From NCBI GenBank assembly GCA_010909165.1, contig MU008155.1, forward strand, positions 682,001 to 746,000: a stretch of DNA of 64,000 bases. Direction: 5' to 3'. Under the pieces are notes generated by a model. The model was not told the origin of the DNA. It saw nothing but the letters and a program-made list of their open reading frames with translations, and did not search any database. Both the position numbers and the translations under genes were made by a program. This document shows positions 12,415 to 24,200 of this stretch, in pieces; the stretch's first letter is position 1, and every line of letters starts with the position of its first letter. This stretch comes from Anthoceros angustus (Eukaryota > Plantae > Anthocerotophyta).

Positions 12415-14127
12415 TAGACAAAGGTACAAAAGACACAGCTGCACTTATGTACTCTTTCGTGCGAGCTGGCAGCCTGCATGTGTAAGCAAGTTTCCCACAG
12501 TCACATGAGTACGGGTACGTTGCTACCTACCGCCTCGCATCCACTCACCGTGCACTGTGTATGAGACCGGACGCTTACCTACCTAAACAAGCTTGTAGTC
12601 CACAGAGCCACATTGGTACGCCCCTACCTACCGTCACCCATCGATGGACTCAGAGCGCACTATGGATGAAACCGGAAGCTTACTTAGCGTACGTTGCTGC
12701 CAACCCTCACCCATCCACTTAGTGCGTACCTTGGCTTCCACCGGACACACTTGGTGCAGGACAAATACACGCCACAAAATAAATGAAGCCACCTGGACAT
12801 TCGAATGCACTTGGACACTTACATGCGTACCCCGGGCACACTTAGATGCATCTCGGGACACAAGACACCTGGTAATTAGCACGTACACGTCATCTATTAT
12901 TTAATAATATATTAATCTTATATTAGACTTATTATTTAGCACTCAAAAACTGATTATTAGCAATGAGCCACATATGAGCAATAAGCACGATAATTATTAA
13001 TTACTTCTATACCAAGCACACATGCAGCATCCAGGATTGACCAGATCAACCACTCATATATATATATCATATAGGTTTGATAGAACATTCATATCGGTGA
13101 GTCAAGTTCACAGGGAATAATCGACAAAGCAAGACGAAGCCCACTGCCCATGTTGAAGGCAAGGATTGGGAGTGAGTTCCGGTGTGTGTGTGAGTTGTCG
13201 AGTGGCGTGATGATTGAGTGTAAAGCGACAAAGAGACCAGCAGCTGGGCAACTCCATTCGCCGGTGAGATTCGGCGATGATCCAAGCCCAAGCACATCTG
13301 GGAGGCCGCGACCGCTGGTCGCGGGCCGCGGTCTCCCAAGCATCGCGATGCGATTTTTGTATTATTTCGCCTGTCGACTGCACAAGGGTAATGGAATGGC
13401 CCCGGGGGCCAGGAGACCGACGGTCAAGGGTCATCAGGACCTGACAGACTCCTCCCTCGATTCGGCTCCTCTGCCATTCGTTCATGCAGGGCATCGGGTT
13501 CGGCCGGTCAATAGGGGGCTGTTGGATGGATCCACGCCTTCTCGGTACTGCATATAGGGCACAGCTGGCACGCGCCACGACATACGATATACGTCGAGTG
13601 GTCGAGAAGAATGTGTATCTGCCTCCGACGCGTTCACACAGGCTGGACCGCCGACGGGGGACAGCGTGTACACCAAACTGCAGAAAGCATGTATCTACGC
13701 ATCTGACAAAACTGCACGCCAATGGGTAACGTCGAGCCACCGACACCAACGAAGGCGTGTGTCTCCCTGCATGATCACACCACGCCACACCTTGCCTGCC
13801 ATCCGAATGTCTATCTCCTTCCACCGCCCGGCGATGGTAACTCTTCCTCTCCAGTTTCCAGTCCGCTACCACGAGTACCGCACTCTGCGTTGTAAACGTC
13901 AAGTAAAACACTGCAGGACGAGGAACGGGAAACGAGGAAGCAGAAATCCCACAGGGGATGAGGAAGAGGAAGATGTGTGATGCATGCATCCTTACCGGAC
14001 CAGGCGGGGCCGGGTCAGACTTCCCACCATGCCACCTTCTCCGAGCCCGCGCGAACTCCCTCGAAATCGGGGTAATTGCAGGAGGCAAACAAGTTGATCT
14101 TGGACTCGGCACGTCCTCCAAGATCGG

Positions 14128-16068
14128 CTAGCATGCTCCCGGCTGAACCAGATCTGACTCACCTGCCAGCAAGCCATGCAAGGAGGGAGCGGATCCGAGT
14201 CCTGACAAGCCAGGGTTCTCATCCGGATCTGGTTCTGGTTCTGGTTCTGGTTCCGGTTCCGGTTCCGGTTCCGGTTCCGGTTCGTCACCACTGCTGGACC
14301 AGGGATCCTCCACAGGGCCCTTCTTGCTGCCAGCCTCCGATCGTCCCTCGTCCTGCTTCTTCTCTGCAGATCCGGCAGACGGAGAGGAATTCCTCTCCTT
14401 GGCGTAGGTTTGCAGCAGATCCAGCAGCACCGGCCTGTCCACGCGGATGCCGCTCTTCTCCATCTTCCTCAGCAACCGGTCGATGTCCGCGCTGCGGCCA
14501 GCCACGGCGTAGGACTTGAGGACGACGTTGTAGAGCGTGTCCTCCGCCAGCCACGGCGCCAGCAGGGGATCCCGCAGGAGCTTCTCGGCCGAGTCCGCCT
14601 CCCCGCGCTCGCACATGGCCTCCAGCACGAACCTGCAGGCGGAGTAGGAGGGCCTGAGGTCGGCGGCGCGCATGGCGTCCAGGCATTCTTGCACGCTCTG
14701 GAAGGCGCCCGCCTTGGAGTAGGCCGCCAGCATGCACTCGAAGGTGGAGGAGGTCGGGGCCAGGCCCGCGTCGATGAGCTTCTCCGCCACCACTTCCATC
14801 TCCTCCAGCTTTCCTGCCTGCCCGTACGCGTGGATGAGGGAGTTGAATGTCCTGACGTCCGCCGGGGTCTGCTTGGACTGCATCATCCGCCGCAGCAGCT
14901 TCTCCGCCTTGTCGAAGTGCCCGGCCTTGCCGTAAGCGTGGATGAGGCAGTTGAGGGTCACCTTGTCCGCTTTCAGCTTCCTGGCCCGCATCAGGTCGTA
15001 GGTCTGCTCCATCCTCTCCAGCTGCCCCAGCTTCCCGTATGCCGAGATGATCCCGTTGTAAGTGTACATGTTGGGAGCCAGCTGCATCGCCTCGGCCTCG
15101 GCCAGGAGGGAGTTCACCCGCTCCACGTCCCCCGCCTGGGCGAAGGCCTTGGTGAGAGTGTTGTACGTCACGATGCTTGGCTGCGACTGCTTCCTCTCCT
15201 TCATGCTCTGCAGCATGCTCAGTGCCTTGTCCAGGCTGCCGGGGATGTCCGTCATGGCCACCTGCATGCAATCCTTGCACCCCTCAGGAACATCCATTTT
15301 TCCCTTTCCTTGCCTCCTCCTCGGACCGACACCTGGGGTTGGAGATGGGAAGGAGCCCTGACCTGTGCAGCGATGAGGGCGTTGTACATGGACGTGCTAG
15401 GACGCAGCCCCTTGCGCTTCATCTCGGCGAAGAGCCACATGGCCAGCCTCAGCTGCTTCTCCTTGCCCATGATGGAAATCATCTTGGAGTAGTACGCATT
15501 GTCCGGCTTGTACCACTTTTGCAGCTGCATCCATCTGAAGATCTGTGCTACACAGACAACACAATCACCCAACAAGTCAGACATGGAAGCAAGCAACATG
15601 ACAAGACACACTCACCCCAACAAATCAGACATGGAAGCAAGCAAGGAAGCAAGCAACATGACAAGCCACACTGATGTGCAAACACACCTCGAGAGCCAGA
15701 AGCCATCGCCGCTGCTCCCCGACGGCGTCCAGAACCAAGAACCAGTCCTGGGGCTTGATGAAGGCGCCCTTGCGCATGAGCACCTCCTGGACATTGGCGC
15801 CCTCCTTTTGCACGGCGTCCAGGACCTTCTTCACCGCCACCTGCGGCACTTCCGGCGGCCGGTTCTTCCATAGCTTCTGTCGGGCGGCTCGGACGAGGCA
15901 TCGGCGGGAGGGAGCGGGGAGGGAATGGCACCGCCCTGCTGCAACACCCACAGGTGATCCCCAAACCTGGGACTTGAGCCGCAGCTCTAGCGCTCCTCCG
16001 GGGCGGGGGTCGGCCCAGCTGCGATGCCCCAAGGCGGCAACAGGAGCAGCATGGCCGCAGCAGGCCAT
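14128..16068 (-). CDS. PPR5: P-class PPR protein, PPR5/EMB2453-like (chloroplast RNA stabilisation/splicing); exons 16068-15688, 15542-15363, 15261-14128
   Basis: LE|IFRWMQLQKWYKPDNAYYSKMISIMGK...LAMWLFAEMK..LRPSTSMYNALI matches the remembered PPR5 N-terminal block. It has tandem 35-aa P motifs and canonical phase-0 introns. Confidence 0.85.
14226..14283. repeat. Coding hexamer repeat (Glu-Pro)n in the PPR5 C-terminal tail
   Basis: (ttctgg)n/(ttccgg)n translates to EPEPEP on the minus strand. Confidence 0.9.
15565..15672. repeat. ~50-bp tandem duplication within PPR5 intron 1
   Basis: cacccaacaa.tcagacatggaagcaagcaa(...)catgacaag.cacact occurs twice. Confidence 0.75.
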
Positions 16069-16325
16069 GGCATCGTCTCTCTCAGACCGCCATCCCGGTA
16101 TCTTCCAAATGCTCCGTCCCAAATGCAGCCACGCCACGCCGCACTCCTGCTGCTGCTGCTCCTGCTGATTAGTCGAGACTCGAGTTGCGGGAAGCAGAAG
16201 CTTCTGAAGTTGGAGGAGACGTTTTACTGTGGGCCGGAAGGGAATGCGTGGGAGCAGCGGTCTGGGCTCGGATGTTGGGCAATTGGTCGCGTGAGCCTGG
16301 CCGCTAGCGACTCGGCACCAGCGTC

Positions 16326-19300
16326 ATGGACTTCTCCAGATCCCGATCTGCCTCCTACGCCAGATCCTCCTCTCTCGCCGACCCCGTGGCGCAGGCTCCC
16401 GCTGTCTTGCGATCGCTCTACCTGGGCGTCGACGTGGGCACTGGCAGCGCGCGTGCAGGTTCGCGCTCGGGCTTGCCCTCTCAATTCCGCCTCCACACCT
16501 GCCTGCAATGCAATTCTGGCTCTGAGAGCGCGGAGGACAAGCATGCGTTGCAGCAGCTGAGAGTGTGGTGAACGCAGGGGTGTTTGATGCGGAAGGGAGG
16601 CTGCTGGGGACTTCCAGCAGTCCTATCCAAATCTGGAAAGAAGGCGACTGCGTTGAGGTGTGTTGCTGCTGGAGCTCACGCAGGCAGGCTTGAGGCTGTC
16701 GGGGTGTGAGGGTGACGGGTGCCTGACTGTCTGTGTTGGGTGCAGCAATCCTCCACGGACATATGGCATGCAATCTGTGCTGCTGTGAGAGGAGTGTGTG
16801 GCAAGGCAGCTGTGGGTGCAGCAGACATCAAAGGCATAGGCTTTGCTGCTACCTGCTCCCTGGGTGCGTAGCCTTGTTGTTGTGGATGAGTGTACGTACC
16901 TTCGATTATGGCTCTCCTTGCAACCGCAATTGGACATGTGCGCTCTCCTGTTTTCTTGCAGTTGCGTTGGGAGCAGACGACTCCCCTGTCACCGTGTCTT
17001 GGAGTGGTGATACAAGGCGGAATGTGATTGTGTGGATGGACCACCGGGCTGTGGAGCAGACAGACCGCATAAATGCTACCCGCTCACCTGTCTTGCAATT
17101 TGTGGGCGGAGCCCTGTCGCCTGAGATGCAGCCGCCAAAGGTAGGTCAGTGATGGGGAATTCTAACTGTTCTTCAGAGTGGATCCCTGCTTCAAGTCCGC
17201 ACTGTTGTATCCATGGCTCTGGGTTTGATCCACATCATCGTGCATGCAGCTGCTGTGGGTGAAAGAGAACCTGCCACAGAGCTGGGCTGTCGCTTTTCGG
17301 TGGATGGATTTGAGCGATTGGCTTACTTACAGGTTCCTCTTTCAATGTGTCTCCACTCCTATTGCACTTCACCTGCAGCCATGCCGTTTGGCTAAAGTTT
17401 GGGAGTCACTAATGCTTGCACTCTTCAGGGCCACAGGGGATGACACTCGGAGCTTGTGCACAGCTGTTTGCAAGTGGACCTACATGGGGCATGCACACTT
17501 AGAGCAGATGGATAGCGAAGACTCTGCAGCTATGCAAGCGTGTGGTTGGGATGACGTTTTCTGGCAAGAAGTAGGTCTTGGTGAACTTGTTGAAGGCCGT
17601 TACACTAAAATAGGTAGGTTTCTACATATCTATGCATAGCAGACTCCTCAACTGGGATAGTTGTTAGGGCGTCACCTGCATGGAGATGCTCCTTCTTCTT
17701 GTGAAATGTATGGTACAGGGAGATTCTAACCGTGTGAATATGCCTCCTCTGTGTGTCAGGAAGAAACTTAGCCTTTCCAGGTCATCCATTGGGTCTTGGT
17801 CTCACTCGTTTAGCTGCACAGGTAACAAGTGACATCCGGGTGGTCTTTTTCTTGAAGATAGCTTCATGGTCAACACTTCCACCATTGAATAACCCAAGAT
17901 GACATACTCTTGCCTTCACCATGGCATGTGGTCTTCTTCTGTGACAGCTAGTTAGTTGCCACTTGAACATAACATATCGGTCTCATCCTACTTTTGCAAA
18001 CGCATTGGTGGTACGTAGGTTGTGGTACTTCCCTAGGTGCTGACAACATGGTGTATGGGTGTGCAGGAGCTTGGTCTACTCGAAGGGACGCCTGTTGCAA
18101 CTGCGCTGATTGATGCCCATGCTGGCGGAGTCGGAGTTATGGAAAGCATCTCTCCTGGAGTAGCTCAGCAGTTGCAAACATCAGTTTTGCGTTCACAGAG
18201 TGTTGAAGTGGCGGAATTGCCACAGGAGTCAAACCCAGCGTACAGTGCTTCTGAAGACTCCAGTGTCACATCTGAAATTACTGATGGGGTGAAGGCCCCA
18301 AGTGAACCTATAAAGACTATAAAGATGCGTGTGCACTTCGGTGATGAGGTGGAGACTCCTTCAGTGGAAGATATCTCAGAATATGAAGCGCTGGATCCAA
18401 ATGAGGCACTGTGCCACAGAATGGTGCTAGTGTGTGGAACATCCACATGCCATATGGCACTGTCTCAAAAAAAAGTCTTCATTCCTGGTGTGTGGGGGCC
18501 ATATTGGTCAGGTAAGCGAACGGTTGTACTCCCTTGGAATAGAGACATTGTCACTGTAGCTCATCTTACCCACTGCACTGGAGTTCGTTTGCAGCAATGG
18601 TTCCAGAGTTTTGGTTGACTGAAGGAGGTCAAAGTGCAACGGGTGCTCTACTAGATTACCTTGTGGATAATCACGTGGCTGCCCCAACTCTTGCAAACCG
18701 TGCAGCTTCTCAAAGTGGGTGAAGTTCGTTGGTTGTTGCTTTTCACTTTAGATATATAAGGGTTTGCTGCTGATGCGCACCTGTTTAATGACAGAAATAT
18801 CAATATTTGAGCTGCTCAACAATATCCTGGAGAAAATCGCTTCCAATCCCGAGGTGCCCTTCCTAGCAGCATTGACAAGAGATCTGCACGTACTCCCAGA
18901 TTTTCATGGCAACAGGTGATCTTTGGCCAACAAGCTATCACCATCTTTACAGATACGTTGCTTCCCTGTCCAGGGATAATGTTCCTTCTGCTCATGTTAG
19001 GTCTCCAAGGGCAGATCCAAGAGCCAAGGGCGTGATTACAGGGCTTAACCTTGACGGCAGTGAAGCAAATCTTGCACTTCTCTACCTTGCCGCTGTGCAG
19101 AGCATCGCATATGGAACTCGTCAAATTGTTGAACACTGTAATGCCCATGGATTGCAGGTGATATCACCGCCTTTGGACATTCTATTAGGTTTATTTCAGT
19201 TGATCAGTAGGGATTTGATTTTGGTCGGAAAGCTTGTACAAAGTAATATGTTGTCCTTGGATGCATTTTGCAGATCGACACTCTGCTGGCTTGTGGGGGG

Positions 19301-19834
19301 CTTTCCAAGAACAAACTGTTTCTGCAGTCACATGCTGACATCATCAGTGAGTCGCTGCATCATATGCATACCAATAAGTTTTACTCCTACATGGTTGCTA
19401 GACTTGCTCCTAGCGTCGTCTCCTATTGTACTGGTAAATCGCTCCTTGTGTGGTACAACCTGAATCTTGAATTGTGCTGCCCTATTTGTCTATTCAGGTT
19501 GTCCAGTAGTCTTGCCAAGGGAAAACGAGTCCGTTCTCCTAGGTTCTGCCATCCTTGGAGCTGTTGCAGCGAAGCGATATGTGAGCGTGCATGAGGCAAT
19601 GCGAGCGATGAATGCCCCCGGCATGGTATGGAATCTTACTCTGTGCCGTTAGCTTTGCAGGACTTATTCAGGGGAGGGTGCAATACTGACGGAAGACTTC
19701 GCGTGTATCAGATTGTGGAGCCTAATCTTGATGAACGAGTGAGAAAGTATCACGACGCAAAATATGCCATCTTCCTTTCACTGTATGAGCAACAGCGATC
19801 TTACTTCAATACAATGGCAGAAGCGCTAGCGTGA
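16326..19834 (+). CDS. FGGY-family carbohydrate kinase (D-ribulokinase-like), ~14 exons
   Basis: [101 protein letters not shown] and ACGGLSKN appear in order on short GT-AG-bounded exons. Confidence 0.93.
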
Positions 19835-20422
19835 CCTAGTGGTTTCAGTGAAACTTGTGAAACGACTTTAGCGCGGAGGCAGAGGTTCTGATCTTTGGAG
19901 ACTTTGGTTGAGAATCTATCAGAGGCTTTGGTTGGCCATGAGCTTTTAGCCTTCCTCAATTGAGGTCATAGTATCACGTAGAAAATTTCCGACACATTTG
20001 ACCCAGGTGGGAGACAGTGAAAAGAAGCTTTCATTCTGTCATGCGCAAGGAGTGTCAATTGCAGCTGCAATACTTTATGCCCACCTCACTACTCTGCGAC
20101 ATAAGTAGCATCTTGCTATCGCGGATTTGTAATAAATTTAAATCGTCGTGTCCAGCACCTCTTCCACGGGAAAAAGCCATTAAACTTCCACTCAGCTCAT
20201 CTAGTGTACAGGTATCTGGAGTGTCAAACCTAGCAGAAGCAGCAAGAATTTTTACAGCTTGAACCCTCTTGTTTCTGACCTTGTCCGACGTGCGCCGAAG
20301 GAAATGCCTGCCAAACCATAAGTCCGTCTGCCGCCGGCACCTGGTCGAGACTACCAAATCTGCACCTACTCCAGAAACATACGGCCCTTGGCTAGGAGAG
20401 TTCTACAACCTAGCCGAACGAG

Positions 20423-20860
20423 TCAGTCCCCACTAGCACATCCTTTACATCCGCAGTGAACGCACTCTATCACCTTCTCCTCTCTCAAATGCTTGGGAAC
20501 CCGGCACACGCAGGTAGTCCCAAAGTTGGTGTCTCGTGGCTGGATGCAGCGCAGGCAGCAAAGGCGCTCGTAGCCTGGTTTCTTCCACTTTGCAATCAGT
20601 CCCTTGTCTGCATAGCCCTGCTCCACGCAAAACTCGAAGAGCTCCTGTGAGATGGCCGCCCGCCTGTAATACAGGTCGAAGATGTATCTGCTCTTCTGGT
20701 GCGCTATCTTAAAAATTGGCCACAGCGCCTCGCACCTCCGCTTCCCATCATGCGAATCATTCTCAGCTTCCCGCATCTTGCCTTCCAGATCCCGCAGCGT
20801 GGGCTCGATCAGCTCCCATCCTTCTGGATACCGCGTACGACTCGTTCGAACCTTCGGCAT
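20423..20860 (-). CDS. BUD31: BUD31/G10 spliceosomal protein, single exon
   Basis: 145 aa, MPKVRT...[11 protein letters not shown]...[16 protein letters not shown]...CVCRVPK...[14 protein letters not shown], which is the canonical G10 sequence. Confidence 0.97.
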   Translation of the reverse strand: MPKVRTSRTRYPEGWELIEPTLRDLEGKMREAENDSHDGKRRCEALWPIFKIAHQKSRYIFDLYYRRAAISQELFEFCVEQGYADKGLIAKWKKPGYERLCCLRCIQPRDTNFGTTCVCRVPKHLREEKVIECVHCGCKGCASGD

Positions 20861-21246
20861 GGCGTTCCGCGCTCAGCTCCGGTAGTCGCTCGAGGTGGAA
20901 AGGAAAGCGGCGGCTTCTCGTCTTAGAAATGCCAACCCCGGCTTGTCTACATATAGGTATGTAATCACCGGTTCTTTCTGGAGCGTTTCATCGTGTTTTT
21001 CAAAATTTAGATATTTTGCAACCGAGCACACATATATCGATAGGTGGTGCATATTTTCTAACCTTTGTCCCTAATTCTGTTTCAGTCTGCTGGGAAGATG
21101 GAGGCTGTGTGCACCAACCAGCACACCCACGGCCACAATGGCCTCAAGGGAGTTGTAGGGTCACGATGACCTAATTGTATATCCACAGCAGCCAAATCAT
21201 ACGTGAGCGATGTGGGTCGTTGCAGAAGACTTGATTGGGCATTGCT

Positions 21247-24200
21247 TCACTGCTGGGATGCTATTTTGTCCCCAACAAAAAAGCAATGCACTACTCCGCC
21301 CATGTCTGTCCACCAGCTCTGGCCAGGCTGCTTCCATGCCCTCATTCGTACTCTCCTCGCCTGCATTTCCTGTGCCTGCTCCCACATCTGGGCACCTCTG
21401 TATATGTTTGACATCATGACATATGCCGCTGCATCCTTCTTGTCTAGCGTCACTGCTTCATCGAAAGCATGGCGTCCCACCTCCACATTGCTCCACTTAC
21501 TGCAAGCACTCAAGAGAGTGTGCCAAACTGAAGCACCAGGCAGGACAGGCATTGTCCTTACTAAAGCCAGTGCCTCGTCCAGTTGTCCTGCACGACCCAG
21601 GAGATCCACCATGCATGAGTAGTGATCTGTCCTGGGAGTGATGCCATGGTGTGCGGGCATAGCCTCAAAGTACTCTCGTCCCTTGTTTACGAGACCCGTA
21701 TGACTGCATACTGTTAGTACACTGAGGAATGTGACATCGTCTGGCTGTATGCCATCCTGTCTCATTTTGAGAACAAGGTCAAAGACGTCTTCACTCTCTC
21801 CTTGACGAGTGTATCCAGCTATCAGCGCATTCCAGATTACAGCATCTTTTTCGGGCAATGCCTCAAACACCAGCTGTGCATCAACCATGCTGCCACACTT
21901 TCCGTACATATTTATCAAACCGCCGGCTACAAGCATATCCCCTTCAAGCTCTTGTTCTTTAATCTGTGCATGAAGCTGCCTTCCCACATGCAAAGCTGCC
22001 ATACCGGCACATGCCTGAAGGAGGCTCACAAATGTCACGGAATTGGGTGCAACAAGGCCTTCTTCTTGCATAGCCTTGTACAGGCTGAGGGCTTCTGGCC
22101 CAAAGCCCTGCTGAGAATATCCAGCTATCATGACACTCCACGTCACAACATTTTTATCATGAAGTTCGTCAAACACGCTGCGGGCGCTCTTTAGGCTGCC
22201 GCATTTTACATACATGTTTACCACACTGCCGGCAACAAACACATCAGCCTCAAGCCCTAGTTCTCTAATCTGTGCATGAAGCTGTTTTCCCCTGTCCAAG
22301 CCCAGGGTGCCCACACTTGCACATGCCTGCAGAAGGGACACCAATGTCACAGAATCGGATGCAGCCATGCCTCTTTCTTGCATAGCCTGGTAAAGACAAA
22401 GCGCTTCCTGCCCCATGGCCTGCTGAGAATATCCTGCAATCATAGCATTCCAAGTCACCACATCTTTCTGAACAAGGCCTTCAAACACACCCTGAGCATC
22501 CTCTAAGCTGCCACACTTCGCATACATGCTTACCAAGCTGTTGGCAACAAACACATCAGCCTCAAGCCCTTGTTCTCTAGTTTGTGCATGAAGCTGCTTT
22601 CCCTTTTCCAGAGCCAGGGTGCCTACACTTGCACATGCCTGCAAGAGCGAGACAAATGTCACAGAATCGGGTGCAGCAATGCCCTCTTCTTGCATAGCAC
22701 AGTAGAGATGGAGGGCCTCCTGCCCCAAGTTCTGCTGGGAATATCCTGCTATCATGGCACTCCATGTCACTGCATCTTTTCTACCAAGTCCATCGAAAAC
22801 GGTCCTGGCGTCCTGTAGGCTGCCACACTTTGCGTACATGCTTACCACACTGCTGCCTACAAAGATATCTGCTTCAAGTCCTTGTCCGATAATTTGTGTG
22901 TGAATCTGCTTTCCCTTCTCCAAAGCCGGGGGGCCCAAACAAGCACAGGCCTGCAGGAGACACACAAACGTCACAGAATCCGGTGCAACGATGGCTTCTT
23001 CTTGCATAGCATCATAAACACAAAGGGCTTGCTGCCCCATTCCGTGCTGGAAATATCCTGCTATCATGGCGTTCCAAGTCACCACGTCTTTTTGAGCAAG
23101 TCCATGAAACACACCACGCGCACCCTCCAGGCTGCCACACTTAGCATACATGTTTACTAAACTGTTGGCTACAAGGACGTCCGAGTGAAGCCCATTTCCT
23201 CTAATTTCTGCATGGAGCTGCTTACCGTTCTCCAATGCTGGGGCGCCCACACTTGCACAAGCCTGCAAGAGGCACACAAATGTCACAGAACTGGGTGTAA
23301 CAATGCCTTCTTCACGCATTGCCCTGTAAAGATGGAGGGCTTTCTCTCCCATGCGTTGCTTGGAATATCCTGCTATCATAGCATTCCAAGTCTCTACATT
23401 CTTTTTAGCAATTCTGTCAAACACATTCCGGGCATCCTCCAAGCTGCCACACTTTGCATACATGTTTACCAAGCTGCTGGCTACAAACACATCAAGCTCA
23501 AGCCCTTGTTCTCCAATTTGGGCATGGAGCTGCTTTCCCTTTTCCAAAGCCAGGATGCCCACACTTGCACATGCCTGCAGGAGAGAGACAAATGTCACAG
23601 AATCCGATGCAGCCAACCCTTCTTCTTGCATAGCATGGTAAAGACGAAGGGCTTCCTGCCCCATGCCTTGCTGGGAATACCCTGCTATCATAGCATTCCA
23701 AGTCACCACATTTTTCTTGTCAAGGCCGTCAAAAACTCTTCGAGACTCTTCCAAGCTGCCACACTTCGCATACATGTCCACCAAACAACTAGAAACAAAC
23801 AAATTACGCTCAAGGCCACTAGCCAATAGATCAGCATGCACTTGTTGCCCAGATTTCAAGTCTGCTCCCCTTGCACAAGCCTGAAGTGCTGCTACAAACA
23901 CATAGCCGTCTGGCTTCACACCTGACCTGCGCATTCGATAATACAGTTCTATTGCCTCCTTATCCTGTCCATGTTTAACATGCGCAGAGATTATGGCAGA
24001 CCACGTGAAGGCATCTGGTGTGGCAACCATGAGGAAAACATCCAAAGCTTCTTGCAACCTGGCGTGAGAAGAATACATTCGCAGGATGTGGTTGCACAGG
24101 AACGTGTCCGACTCATACCCCTTCTTCACAGTCAGAGCATGAACTAGGCGACCCAGAGGCAGATCCTTCTTAGCCACACACTCCTTCAGGACCGCGTAAA

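Noticed and set aside
13108-14121. 337-aa minus-strand ORF
   Set aside because: No recognisable motif. It lies in the PPR5 3' flank and its composition is typical of chance GC-rich ORFs.
14285-15492. Alternative-frame and antisense ORFs of 331 and 360 aa
   Set aside because: Shadows of the high-GC3 PPR5 exon.
21100-21246. Possible DYW domain after the PPR stop codon
   Set aside because: The downstream frames I read show no HSE/HAE-K/R-LA or CxxC motif.
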